A DNA stretch of 64,000 nt, taken from a virus. Lineage: Duplodnaviria; Caudoviricetes. Under the pieces are notes generated by a model that did no database searches, was not told where the DNA came from, and saw nothing but the letters and a program-made list of their open reading frames with translations. Both the position numbers and the translations under genes were made by a program. This document shows positions 1 to 10,100 of this stretch, piece by piece; position 1 is the stretch's first letter, and every line of letters begins with the position of its first letter. The stretch lies in IMG/VR virus record IMGVR_UViG_3300028864_000017. One strand, written 5' to 3'.

Positions 1-1
1 G

Positions 2-211
2 AAAATTAAAACAAGGCAAAAAATTAAGCCTGAATGGTACTCCTGGAAAACTTGTTTAGATACAATACAAGCATCTGGTAGAGGAAATAGAAGCATAACA
101 GACTATTGTGATACTTTTATATTAGACTCAAACTTTTCTGATTTATTGAAATATAATTCGAATATATTACCTCAATATTTCATAGATTCTATAAAGATTT
201 TAAAAATTTAG
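2..211 (+). CDS. 3' end of DinG/Rad3-like helicase (partial, starts upstream of window)
   Basis: My translation ...EWYSWKTCLDTIQASGRGNRSITDYCDTFILDSNF...LPQYF* matches the Q-x-x-GR-x-x-R-S-x-x-D...ILD motif of the DinG helicase C-terminal domain. Confidence 0.65.
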   Translation, partial: KIKTRQKIKPEWYSWKTCLDTIQASGRGNRSITDYCDTFILDSNFSDLLKYNSNILPQYFIDSIKILKI

Positions 212-260
212 TCGATAATAATGATTAAAATCTAAAATTTTTAATTAACTTTACTAAACT

Positions 261-578
261 ATGAAAGAAATAGAAAAATGGATGAATGATTGTAAATGTA
301 TTTACTTTAGTTTCGATAGAGTTTCAGATAATATAAATGAATTTAAATTAATTACAATAAATGATATACCAAAACATAATACTATAGGTTTTATACCTGG
401 TTTATATGGATATATTGAGGATGAAATATCATATTGTTGGATAGATTTAATAAATTGTAAAACAATAAGAAATGACTATGATGATAGTATTATACCAAAA
501 ATATTTGAATTTAATAGAAATAAATGGATTAGCAAAAAAAGGAAAGAAAAATTATTAAAAATATGTCATCAGAGATAA
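261..578 (+). CDS. hypothetical protein, RxxKLxxL-tail class
   Basis: ORF track; C-terminal KRKEKLLKI. Confidence 0.7.
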   Translation: MKEIEKWMNDCKCIYFSFDRVSDNINEFKLITINDIPKHNTIGFIPGLYGYIEDEISYCWIDLINCKTIRNDYDDSIIPKIFEFNRNKWISKKRKEKLLKICHQR

Positions 579-880
579 AACAAGGAGATAAAGTTTATTG
601 TATAAAAAATATACATAGAGAATCTGATGATATGTTGATATTTCAAAAAAATTATATATACACCGTTTGTAACATAAAGAGTGCAACAAAGAATAATTAT
701 AATTATAGTACATCAGATGAAACAATAATTTTAATAAATTATGATGATAGTTTTCATTATGCATTTTGGCTTAACACAAATAGAACAGAAAATCTTTTTT
801 ATGATTCATTTTGTGATTTTCAAGGATATAGAAAAAGAAAATTAATTAAATTATATGATATCGAAAATAATAGAAAATAG
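563..880 (+). CDS. hypothetical protein, RxxKLxxL-tail class (related to 1549-2511 family)
   Basis: GDKVYCIKN N-terminus, FYDSF..YRKRKLIKL C-terminus. Confidence 0.7.
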   Translation: MSSEIKQGDKVYCIKNIHRESDDMLIFQKNYIYTVCNIKSATKNNYNYSTSDETIILINYDDSFHYAFWLNTNRTENLFYDSFCDFQGYRKRKLIKLYDIENNRK

Positions 881-1034
881 ATTAGTTGAACTAAACAATC
901 AACTTTTAAATTTAACAGGAGATAGAATATGGGATAGCCGTTCTTCTAATAGAAGAGAAGAAACAATGATGTGCAAAAATACAATAAAAGAATTAGAAGA
1001 AATATTAAAAAAATCAAAAAAGCATGAAAATTGA
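855..1034 (+). CDS. small hypothetical protein, 59 aa (below ORF-track cutoff)
   Basis: MISKIIENRLVELNNQ...IKELEEILKKSKKHEN*; fills the gap and overlaps both neighbours like other genes in this operon. Confidence 0.5.
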   Translation: MISKIIENRLVELNNQLLNLTGDRIWDSRSSNRREETMMCKNTIKELEEILKKSKKHEN

Positions 1035-1254
1035 AATATTAGGTACTGGTTGTTCAAAGTGTAAATCACTTGAAAAATTAATAATTGAAGTAGTAGAAAA
1101 AAATAAAATTGATGCTATTATTATAAAAGTTAATGATATCAAGGAAATTATGAAATACAACGTTATGACAACTCCAGCATTAGTAGTAGATGGTAAAGTC
1201 ATAACAAAAGGTATTATACCATCAATAAAAGAATTAGAAGAAATATTAAAAAAA
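982..1254 (+). repeat. 32-bp perfect direct repeat (982-1013 and 1223-1254) bracketing the thioredoxin gene
   Basis: caataaaagaattagaagaaatattaaaaaaa present twice; encodes IKELEEILKK in both ORFs. Confidence 0.9.
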
Positions 1255-1269
1255 AATATTAAAAAATGA
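1024..1269 (+). CDS. small redox-active disulfide protein (MTH895/ArsE-type thioredoxin)
   Basis: MKIEILGTGCSKC (CxxC) ... VMTTPALVVDG, the hallmark of this family. Confidence 0.9.
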   Translation: MKIEILGTGCSKCKSLEKLIIEVVEKNKIDAIIIKVNDIKEIMKYNVMTTPALVVDGKVITKGIIPSIKELEEILKKNIKK

Positions 1270-1565
1270 GAAAGAAAGAAGATTTATTGATTTGTAGCTG
1301 TCATTCAACTGAGCATCAAATGATAATATTATATGATGAAGATATAAATGAGTCAGGAAATAGTTATCCAATGTGCTATGTTCATGTTCTATTAAATAAG
1401 AAAACATTTTGGTGTAGGGTAAAACATGGAATAAAATATATATTTGGTTATAAATGTAAATACGGAGCATTTGATGAATTTATTTTTAATCCTGAAGATG
1501 CATACAAAATTCAAAGATTAGCTAATTACTTGAAAATTGAATTAGATAATGAATCCAAAGATTAA
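1266..1565 (+). CDS. hypothetical protein
   Basis: ORF track, coupled to neighbours. Confidence 0.65.
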   Translation: MRKKEDLLICSCHSTEHQMIILYDEDINESGNSYPMCYVHVLLNKKTFWCRVKHGIKYIFGYKCKYGAFDEFIFNPEDAYKIQRLANYLKIELDNESKD

Positions 1566-1815
1566 TGAATTTTATTATTGTAAGAAATCAGTCAAATCTA
1601 TACTAAATAATAAAAATATTTTTAAAAAAGGACAACATTATAAAGTCATATATCATCATCATGGTGAAGTAGTACTGATTAATGATATTGGTGATATGAT
1701 ATTTTCGTTAGCGAAAGATATGATATATTTTTACTTTTATGAATATTTTGGAACAATTAAGGAAGAAAGAAAAGATAAATTGAAATACATTAAATATGAA
1801 ATACTTACTCAATAA
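1549..1815 (+). CDS. paralogue 1 of Y(L/F/Y)CKKS family, RxxKL tail
   Basis: FYYCKKSV...FYEYF..ERKDKLKYI. Confidence 0.75.
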   Translation: MNPKINEFYYCKKSVKSILNNKNIFKKGQHYKVIYHHHGEVVLINDIGDMIFSLAKDMIYFYFYEYFGTIKEERKDKLKYIKYEILTQ

Positions 1816-2059
1816 TAAATATCTTTGTAAAAAATCATTAGCAGGATTAGATTCTGAGATATATGAGGGAAGATATTATGAAATATCTAGAATAGCAAAT
1901 AATCATGTTATGATGTCATCTGATGCAGGATTTGAAATATTATATAAAGAAAAAGGTAATTCACCTGTTCATTATAATTTTACTGATTATTTCTATTCTG
2001 AAAAAGATATCAGAAAGAAAAAATTGAACAACTTGATATATGGAACTTCAAATCAATAA
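1796..2059 (+). CDS. paralogue 2 of YxCKKS family, RxxKL tail
   Basis: NKYLCKKSL...FTDYFY..IRKKKLNNL. Confidence 0.75.
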   Translation: MKYLLNNKYLCKKSLAGLDSEIYEGRYYEISRIANNHVMMSSDAGFEILYKEKGNSPVHYNFTDYFYSEKDIRKKKLNNLIYGTSNQ

Positions 2060-2318
2060 AAAATATTTTTGTAAAAAATCTTTAGATTTTTATCCATCAT
2101 CTGATACAAATCAAAAAATAATAAACGGAAATTATTACGAAATAATAAGTAAATATAAAGATTATGTAGTAGTTTTCACAGGAGAATACTATGAACCAAT
2201 GAATATACATAATTATAAAATAGTAGGTTTCCCTTGGGATTTTTATGATTATTTTGATACTGAGAAAGAGACAAGAAATAAAAAACTAAATAAATTAAAA
2301 AATGGAATTAATACTTAA
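2040..2318 (+). CDS. paralogue 3 of YxCKKS family, RxxKL tail
   Basis: KKYFCKKSL...FYDYF..TRNKKLNKL. Confidence 0.75.
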   Translation: MELQINKKYFCKKSLDFYPSSDTNQKIINGNYYEIISKYKDYVVVFTGEYYEPMNIHNYKIVGFPWDFYDYFDTEKETRNKKLNKLKNGINT

Positions 2319-2511
2319 TAAAAAATATCTTTGTAAAAAATCATTACAAACAGATATTACTGATATACAATTAGACAAATATTATGAAATAGTTAAAATA
2401 GGAACTAATCATATCATGATATTGTCAGATAAAGGATATGAAGCATTTTCAAAATTAGAGAATAATTCAGTATCACCTTATTATTTTTATGATTATTTTT
2501 ATACTAAATAA
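2302..2511 (+). CDS. paralogue 4 of YxCKKS family, truncated before the RxxKL tail
   Basis: KKYLCKKSL...FYDYFYTK*; closely similar to 1796-2059 but stops where the tail would begin. Confidence 0.7.
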   Translation: MELILNKKYLCKKSLQTDITDIQLDKYYEIVKIGTNHIMILSDKGYEAFSKLENNSVSPYYFYDYFYTK

Positions 2512-2519
2512 TAAATCAC

Positions 2520-3071
2520 ATGATAATGTATAAATTTTTAGATGTTGAATGTAAAATAGACTTTGAATCTTTTTTATCTATAGATGCTGTTACAGGTAGA
2601 TTATATAAAAAAGATTTTGAGTCATTTTATGCTTTATATGAGTACATTGAATTCAATTTGAAGGATATTACTCATATATTATTTGATAACTATGAGTACT
2701 TCCTAAATCATGGTAAGCTTCATAATCTATATGGTCCTGCTCACAAAAAATATGATATTACAAGTGAAATTTTTATAAATCCTATTAATATAAACAAATT
2801 CTACATTGACGGCAAATTAGTTTGTGATGATATAGGAAATCCAAGAAAAGGATGCAGCAGATTCGAATTTTTCAAATCAAGAGAAATTTTTTTTTATAAG
2901 GAATTAACAAATAAGAAATCAGGTAAAGATGATATAACTGGAAAATGGTATCGAAGAAAAGAAGGAATTGATTATGAAACTACCATAATAAATTTATCAG
3001 AGAGAATTAAAATTGACGAACGAAGATTAAAATTAATATCACTAAATGGAAGACAAAAAAATATACGATGA
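2520..3071 (+). CDS. hypothetical protein, RxxKL tail
   Basis: contains GKLHNLYGPA (resembles the common phage LHxxxGPA motif); ERRLKLISL. Confidence 0.7.
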   Translation: MIMYKFLDVECKIDFESFLSIDAVTGRLYKKDFESFYALYEYIEFNLKDITHILFDNYEYFLNHGKLHNLYGPAHKKYDITSEIFINPININKFYIDGKLVCDDIGNPRKGCSRFEFFKSREIFFYKELTNKKSGKDDITGKWYRRKEGIDYETTIINLSERIKIDERRLKLISLNGRQKNIR

Positions 3072-3345
3072 GATAACAAAAAATCTAAACAATTTAGTTA
3101 ATAATTTAGAATTAAATCCAAAATTTAAAGATGCACAATTAATGTGTGATATTTCAAAATATTTAACAAATGAATATATTAACAGATCAAAGATATTATA
3201 TTATAGAGTAAATTGTAAATATCCTATTGTAGATATTTACATAACTACCATGTATAATCATAATGATTTAAAAATAAATATAAATAGGTTTGATAGAATA
3301 TCAAAACTAATAAAGTTAAAAGAGATAGAAAATGCCACTATTTAA
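3046..3345 (+). CDS. hypothetical protein, RxxKL tail
   Basis: DRISKLIKL near C-terminus. Confidence 0.65.
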   Translation: MEDKKIYDEITKNLNNLVNNLELNPKFKDAQLMCDISKYLTNEYINRSKILYYRVNCKYPIVDIYITTMYNHNDLKININRFDRISKLIKLKEIENATI

Positions 3346-3541
3346 TTACGATAAAATATCAGAACTTTCAGATAATCCAATTGAAGGAGATTTATATTAT
3401 AACAAAATAAATTATTCATTATACATATATGAAAATAATAATTGGTGTAATATTGATGAATACACAAAAGATTTTGATGTTTATGATTCAAAAATTGAAA
3501 GAAAGAAAAAATTGGAAGCTCTTAATAAAATAACAGAATAA
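3332..3541 (+). CDS. hypothetical protein, RxxKL tail
   Basis: ERKKKLEAL near C-terminus. Confidence 0.65.
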   Translation: MPLFNYDKISELSDNPIEGDLYYNKINYSLYIYENNNWCNIDEYTKDFDVYDSKIERKKKLEALNKITE

Positions 3542-3544
3542 AAT

Positions 3545-4249
3545 ATGAATAAATTTATTAACAAATGGTCTGAATTTACATTAAATGAAACATTAAAAAC
3601 AAATGATATCGATTTTACAATAAAAAATATTGATAATGAGTTATCATTATTAAGTTTTAATTTTTTAATTATTAAAAATAACAATTCAATAGAATTCACA
3701 TTAAATGAATTCTACTCAATTCAGAATTTTGATATTACATTTAATTATTTAGATAGTTTATTTGTTGATAGAAATGGTTGGTTTCCTTCTAAATATAAAA
3801 TAGTAAACTTATCTGGTAGAAAAAATACGTTACAATATGATGAAGAGTATTTAAGAATAAATCAAAAATATTTCAAGTCAATTACTATTACATATGAGCC
3901 AAAATTTGACATTGAATTAAATATTCCTGATAAATTATTTCATTTATCTATTCAACAATACGAAAAAAATATTTTAAAAAATGGTATAATTCCTAAATCA
4001 AAAAATAAATTATCTAAACATTTAGATAGAATATATGTATGTGATAATATATCGGATTGTCATAAATTAATACCAAGGATGAAAATGAACTACTTAAACA
4101 GTAAAATACCTAATATCAAATGGATTATATATGAGATAGACACATCAGAGTTAAATATTAAATTATACAAAGTTCCAAATTATAATAATGGTTATTATAT
4201 AATTGATAATATTCATCCCAATAAAATAAAAATATCAGATAAAGAATAA
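3545..4249 (+). CDS. putative ADP-ribosyltransferase-fold protein (Tpt1/DarT-like His clade) with capsid-targeting-like leader
   Basis: LFHLS...ILKNGIIP...RIYV motif order; leader MNKFINKWSEFTLNE. Confidence 0.5.
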   Translation: MNKFINKWSEFTLNETLKTNDIDFTIKNIDNELSLLSFNFLIIKNNNSIEFTLNEFYSIQNFDITFNYLDSLFVDRNGWFPSKYKIVNLSGRKNTLQYDEEYLRINQKYFKSITITYEPKFDIELNIPDKLFHLSIQQYEKNILKNGIIPKSKNKLSKHLDRIYVCDNISDCHKLIPRMKMNYLNSKIPNIKWIIYEIDTSELNIKLYKVPNYNNGYYIIDNIHPNKIKISDKE

Positions 4250-4250
4250 C

Positions 4251-4622
4251 ATGTTTAAAAATATTGAAATTAAATATGGAATAACTAGATTTTCTATATT
4301 AATTGGTAATATAGCAATAAAAATACCAAGAATAAAAAAGCACTTACATTTTTTACAAGGCTGCTATTCAAATTATAGTGAAAGAAATTTTTATAAAACA
4401 TTTAAAAATTATACTGGAGAAGTTAAATATCAAAACTATGTAGCACCAAGTTATTTTTGCTCTATATTTGGATTAATTCAAATTCAAAAAAGATGTATTG
4501 AAAATAAGAGAGAACTAACGGATGAAGAAATTAAATTATTTAGTAGTTTTGGAATATCTGAATTTAAACCATGTAATTATGGATATATAAATTCAAAATT
4601 GGTAGTTCTTGATTATGCATAA
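4251..4622 (+). CDS. minimal protein-kinase-like protein
   Basis: GITRFSILIGNIAIKIP (Gly loop/VAIK-like), FKPCNYG (catalytic-loop-like), VVLDYA (DFG-like). Confidence 0.45.
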   Translation: MFKNIEIKYGITRFSILIGNIAIKIPRIKKHLHFLQGCYSNYSERNFYKTFKNYTGEVKYQNYVAPSYFCSIFGLIQIQKRCIENKRELTDEEIKLFSSFGISEFKPCNYGYINSKLVVLDYA

Positions 4623-4629
4623 TTTAAAT

Positions 4630-4727
4630 AAAAAAGTCAGTCGATAGACTGACTTTTTTATTGTGTTTGTCAGTCGATAGACTGACTTTTTTATTGTGTT
4701 TGTCAGTCTATATACTGACTTTTTTAT
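4630..4727. terminator. three tandem copies (33-bp period) of an intrinsic terminator hairpin between convergent genes
   Basis: gtcagtc-gata-gactgac-tttttt at 4636 and 4669, degenerate copy at 4702; A-tract before the first copy. Confidence 0.85.
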
Positions 4728-4931
4728 TTAATCTTTTTTCCAAATTTCATGTAATCCCCATATTGCAGCTAAGCACACAGGAGAAATCATACCAAATATT
4801 GCAGTATAATTTAAATAAATTTCATTGTTTTGTCCATATACAGGCATGGCTAAAATAAAAAATATTGCTGTAATAAAATATGTAATACAAAATAAAGAAA
4901 TAATAACTCTATTGAATGTTAATTTTTTCAT
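4728..4931 (-). CDS. small two-helix membrane protein (paralogue of 4956-5180)
   Basis: MKKLTFN..CITYF..P(V/I)YG..N..Y..GM..P..IW..HEI shared by both. Confidence 0.75.
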   Translation of the reverse strand: MKKLTFNRVIISLFCITYFITAIFFILAMPVYGQNNEIYLNYTAIFGMISPVCLAAIWGLHEIWKKD

Positions 4932-4955
4932 ATTAGGTATGTTTTTTATAATAAA

Positions 4956-5180
4956 TCATTTATCTAATTTATCAAATTTGCCATTACGAATTTCATGCAT
5001 AAGCCAAATTACTGATAATACTATTGGTATAACCATACCACACAACATAGCATAAGGTAAATACTCATTAGTATTATTACATCCATATATAGGAAAAGCT
5101 AAAAACATAAATATAAATGTCAAAAAATAAGTAATACACAAAGAAACTAAAATCAATTTATTAAAAGTTATTTTTTTCAT
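4956..5180 (-). CDS. small two-helix membrane protein (start moved to MKKITFN)
   Basis: alignment with the paralogue places the start at 5180. Confidence 0.75.
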   Translation of the reverse strand: MKKITFNKLILVSLCITYFLTFIFMFLAFPIYGCNNTNEYLPYAMLCGMVIPIVLSVIWLMHEIRNGKFDKLDK

Positions 5181-5193
5181 ATCATTTATATTT

Positions 5194-5487
5194 TTATAAA
5201 CTATCTTTTGACTCTTTAATAATAGGTACAAAAAGTTTTCTCATATGCTTTACAGGTCGTATAGTATCATACACTGGAATGGTGTCATAAATTATTTTTT
5301 TAACTACTGGAATAATAGTTTTTTCAGATTCTGCTTCAATTTCAGCTTTATGCTTAGTTTCAATTTTGCTATATGCAAATGTAAAAATAGACACAATAAC
5401 AACAATAATACAGAATGCTGCAGCTGAATACATAGCTAATCCAGTATAATACAAAGTTTTGAACTTATTCTTATTAATCTTTTTCAT
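5194..5487 (-). CDS. membrane-anchored hypothetical protein
   Basis: single hydrophobic segment; DTIPVYDTIRP repeat. Confidence 0.65.
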   Translation of the reverse strand: MKKINKNKFKTLYYTGLAMYSAAAFCIIVVIVSIFTFAYSKIETKHKAEIEAESEKTIIPVVKKIIYDTIPVYDTIRPVKHMRKLFVPIIKESKDSL

Positions 5488-5492
5488 TTTTA

Positions 5493-5981
5493 TTATTTTA
5501 TAGAGTTATCAATGTTATCAAGTTCAACTAAAGAATCGTATATTTTTTTGAATGAATGTTTTACTTCATTTTCAATTTCATTCTCTTTTTCTTGCTCAAT
5601 ATTTTCTTTATTATCATCAAATATTTCCAAAAGATATTGATATTTAGTATCTGAAATTAAAGTTGGAGGATAAGCAGTCTTTTGATGATAAACAATAACC
5701 TGCATATTTCTAATAATGATGTATGAATCTGTTTTTTTATTGTCAATAATCCTTTTGTGAGTTCTTGGTGTCATTGATAAAATTGTTTCTGGATTTCTAA
5801 TGAGTTTTCTACATAAACTTATCACTTCATTTTCACTGTTGTTGACTTGATAAAATTTATTATTACTAACAGAAAAAAACTTAGCAAGTCTAATAGCTAA
5901 CTTTTGCGTATTACGACGGAATTTTTGTTTTTTAGCTTTAATATAAGCTTTCCTAATTTCAATTTTTTCTTTTAAGTTCAT
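5493..5981 (-). CDS. hypothetical protein
   Basis: ORF track, 162 aa. Confidence 0.7.
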   Translation of the reverse strand: MNLKEKIEIRKAYIKAKKQKFRRNTQKLAIRLAKFFSVSNNKFYQVNNSENEVISLCRKLIRNPETILSMTPRTHKRIIDNKKTDSYIIIRNMQVIVYHQKTAYPPTLISDTKYQYLLEIFDDNKENIEQEKENEIENEVKHSFKKIYDSLVELDNIDNSIK

Positions 5982-6001
5982 GTTGTTATATAATTAATTA
6001 A

Positions 6002-6199
6002 TTAAATTTCAAATTTATGTAATTCACCACAAGATGAACATTTTATTTCAATATATTTATAATTCCAATCCTCATAATATTGTCCATCACTGATTTTTGG
6101 ATTTTCAATTGTAGTAATAATTTTAGTTTTATTTTTTTCACACTCATATTCTAATGTCATAGTGTGTTTTAATACTTTTGCTATTTTTAGTTGATACAT
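6002..6199 (-). CDS. small protein with C-terminal CxxC (possible Zn ribbon)
   Basis: IKCSSCGELH. Confidence 0.55.
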   Translation of the reverse strand: MYQLKIAKVLKHTMTLEYECEKNKTKIITTIENPKISDGQYYEDWNYKYIEIKCSSCGELHKFEI

Positions 6200-6231
6200 A
6201 AGTATATTATTAAAATGTTTATATTACACTG

Positions 6232-6239
6232 CAAAGATA
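6232..6239 (-). promoter_or_regulatory. Bacteroidota-type -7 promoter element TATCTTTG
   Basis: TAnnTTTG consensus upstream of leftward operon; second copy TACTTTTG at 6312-6319. Confidence 0.65.
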
Positions 6240-6448
6240 CATATAATAATTGAAATATAAAAGTCAATAATTAATTATATAATTTTAAGTTTTTATAAAT
6301 TAATTACATCACAAAAGTAGATATATTATTTTAATAAAAAAAATTAATTCATATTATTTATATTTATTATACATTTATTAGACTTTTATCAAAACATGAC
6401 AATACAATAATAATATATAAATTTTAAATATAAGTATAATAATATCAC

Positions 6449-6748
6449 ATGATTGATTTTAGATATAGAGAATATTACGACAAAAAATGTGTCAAATTAA
6501 TTGAGTCCATAGGATATAAAAATAGATTTGATAAATTCACTTTATTTGAACAAGATGGATATATAAATATCAATTTTTATGTTTTAAATGAGGGTGATAA
6601 AATTATATCATTCAATAGATATCACAAAATTAAAAATGAAATTGAAGTATATACTAAAGAATTTTTTAATTTTGAAAAATTTGAAAAATTTCTAAAAGAA
6701 TATCACAAAAGATTATTCAGAAAATTAAAACTAAAAAACTTATTATGA
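6449..6748 (+). CDS. hypothetical protein, RxxKL tail (paralogue of 6745-7065)
   Basis: EQDGYININ..FFNFEKFEKF..YHK..FRKLKLKNL. Confidence 0.7.
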   Translation: MIDFRYREYYDKKCVKLIESIGYKNRFDKFTLFEQDGYININFYVLNEGDKIISFNRYHKIKNEIEVYTKEFFNFEKFEKFLKEYHKRLFRKLKLKNLL

Positions 6749-7065
6749 ATGATCATTTAGATAAAGATTACATTGATGAACGTGTATTAAAACTTATAAT
6801 ACCAATCGGTTATAAACTTAGATGTTCAAATTATTATATCATAGAAGAAAATGATGGATATATAAATATATCATCATATATAGATGAATACTCTACTGAA
6901 GTAATATGTTTTCATAAAAATTTTTATCAAACAGAACCTTGTACACATAAAGACTTAGAACAACAATTTTTAAATTTTGAAGATTTTGAAAATTTTATTG
7001 AATTATACCACAAAAAAACCTGCAGAAGATTGAAGATAGAAAAGTTAAATAATATTGAAATTTAA
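6745..7065 (+). CDS. hypothetical protein, RxxKL tail
   Basis: ENDGYINIS..FLNFEDFENF..YHK..CRRLKIEKL. Confidence 0.7.
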   Translation: MNDHLDKDYIDERVLKLIIPIGYKLRCSNYYIIEENDGYINISSYIDEYSTEVICFHKNFYQTEPCTHKDLEQQFLNFEDFENFIELYHKKTCRRLKIEKLNNIEI

Positions 7066-7116
7066 CTATTTATGTCATTCATAATCATATCAATTTTTCT
7101 AATTATATTATAAATC

Positions 7117-7145
7117 AAAACTTTACATTATTTTTTAGATATATA
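7117..7145 (+). promoter_or_regulatory. putative phage promoter AAAC(T/A)-N17-TAHAWW
   Basis: aaaact-17 nt-tatata; same spacing at seven other sites in the window. Confidence 0.5.
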
Positions 7146-7167
7146 CAATGTAAAAATTAATTAAAAA

Positions 7168-10100
7168 TTGATGAATAAGAAAACAATAGAGGATAGATAT
7201 AAGAAATTAACACCAATAGAACATGTATTAAAAAAACCTGGAATGTATATAGGTAACATATATACTGAACCTACAAAAATGTATGTATTTGAAGACATTA
7301 ATGAAATTAAAGATAATAAATTTGTATATAAAGAAGTAAATTATAATGCTGGATTTATTAAACTATTCGATGAAGCATTAACAAATGCATCAGATCATTA
7401 CATTAGAACAGATGGACAAGTTAAATATATCAAGATAAACGTTGAGAAAGATCACATAACAATTGAAAATGATGGACCAGGCGTGCCTATTGTTATGCAC
7501 AAAGAACATAAAATTTATGTATGTGAGCTTATATTTGGAAACTTATTAACTGGTGAAAATTTCACAGATGATGATAAAAGAATGGTTGGTGGTACTCATG
7601 GAATAGGAATTAAAACAACTAACATATTCTCAAAGAAATTCACTATTGAAACAGCAGACGGTAAGCATAAATATATTCAAACATTTACCAATAATATGTC
7701 TGATAAAACCAAACCAAAAATCACAGCATCAGATAAAAATTACACAAAAATTACATATTATCCTGATTTTGATAAATTTAATTTAACTGAAATCACAGAT
7801 GAAATTCAATCGATATTTTTAAAAAGAGCTATTGATATAGCAGCATATAGTACTGGAGTAAAAGTGTATTATAATGATATATTAATACCTATTAAGTCAT
7901 TTAAAGATTACATGAAGATGTTTATCAATGACGATGAGGAATTCTTTTATGAAAAAATTAATGACAACTGGGAGGTTGGTATAGCACGTACGCCTAATGA
8001 TACGTTTCAACAAGTATCAATGGTTAATGGTATATCTACTCACATTGGAGGTACTCATGTTAATTATATATCTAATCAAATTACAAAATTACTTGATGAA
8101 AAAATAAAGTCAACAAGTGTTAAGCAGTCAATGATCAAAAATCATTTATTTTTATTCCTTAGTTGTAAAATTCCTAATCCATCATTTGAAACTCAAACAA
8201 AAGAGAACTTAACAACAAGAATGATAACTGAAATAATAAAAGATGTAAATATATCTGAGTCATTTATTAAAAAGCTAATGTCATCTCAAATAAAAAATGA
8301 TATAGTAAATTTTGCGTCATTCAAAGAATTACAAGATGCTAAGAAATCAACTCAAAATAATCAGAAAATTAAAGTAAAAATTGCAAAGCTTGATGATGCT
8401 AACATGGCAGGAAAGCAACCTCATAGTATGAAGTGTCATCTATTCTTAACAGAAGGAGACTCTGCAGCAGCAACAGCCAAACGTGGGTTTTCTGTTACAG
8501 GTAATGATTTTTTTGGATTATTTCCATTAAGAGGTAAGCCACTAAACATTAGAGGATTATCATTACAAAAAATGAGGGATAATATTGAAATTTCAAGTAT
8601 TATATCTGCATTAGGATTAGAATTTGGTAAGAAATACACATCAACCAGAACACTAAGATATGGAAAATTGGTTATAATGTCAGATATGGATACTGATGGA
8701 AGTCATATTAAAGGTTTGATACTAAATATATTAGATAATTATTGGCCAGAGTTGCTTCAATTGGATTTCATATATGAATTTATAACACCAATTGTTAAAG
8801 TTAAAAAAGGAAATAAAGTTAAATATTTTTATAGGTTATCTGATTATATAACTTGGAAAGAAGAAAATGAAGTATCTGGATTTTTCATAAAGTATTATAA
8901 AGGGCTAGGGACTATTGAACCACCAGAAGCAAAAATATTTTTTAAAGATATCAATAAGCATTTAATAAAATTCAATTCTTCAAATTTTGAAAAGGAAAGA
9001 GATTTAGTTGATTTAGCTTTCAATAAAAAACGTGTTGAAGATAGAAAAGAATGGCTATTAAAATACAAGCCTGGTGTTGAGTTAGATAAATTTAAAACTA
9101 AGCAAACATTTGATAGTTTTTTCAATAAAGAATTTATTGAATTTAGTATGGAAGATAATGTTAGATCTATTCCATCAGTAATAGATGGACTAAAACCATC
9201 TCAAAGAAAAATAATTTATACATTATTCAAGAGAAATTTTAAAGATGAGGTTAAAGTAGAACTACTTATGGGGTCTATATTAGAATTGGCTGCTTATCAT
9301 CATGGTCCAGCGTCATTAGAATCAACTATAATTGGATTGGCTCAAGATTTTGTTGGAGCTAATAATATAAATCTATTGGATCCTACTGGAGAATATGGAA
9401 CAAGAATAAAGGGAGGACATGATGCATCAGCGAGTAGATACATATTTACTAAGTTAGCTAAATTCACAAAAGATATTTATAAGCAAGAAGATGAAGATTT
9501 ATTAGAATACTTAATAGATGATGGATATAAAGTTGAACCAAGATACTATATCCCTATTATACCTATGGTATTAGTGAATGGATCAAGTGGTATTGGAACA
9601 GGTTGGAGTAGTGATGTTCCTCATTTTAATCCTACTGATGTAATAACATATATTCAAAATTATTTGAAAAAGAGTAAGAAAAATATTGATTTAATACCTT
9701 GGTATAATGGTTTTAAAGGAGATATTATTCCTGATTTGAACAATAAAAGATATATATCAAGAGGAATTTTTAAAAAAACAGGAAAAAACAAACTAAACAT
9801 TTTAGAATTACCAATAATGACTTGGAACGATAAATATTTTGAATATTTAGATAAACTAATTGATGAAAAATATATCAAAGATTATGATAATTATTGTACT
9901 GATGATAGTGTAAATATAGTAATTACTATATCAGAAGATATTTTAAGTATACTGACAGATGAAATGATAGTTAAGAAATTCAATCTTGATTCTTATATAA
10001 GTATGAATAACATGAATTTGTTCAATTCAGAAAGTAAAATACAATTTTATAAAGATCAATATGATATAATTGATGATTTTGTTAAAATAAGAACAAATTT

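Noticed and set aside
4636-4727. Possible mini-CRISPR array (palindromic 33-bp units)
   Set aside because: Intervening sequence is identical between units (no unique spacers), and the hairpin plus T-tract at a convergent junction fits a terminator; no cas genes in the window.
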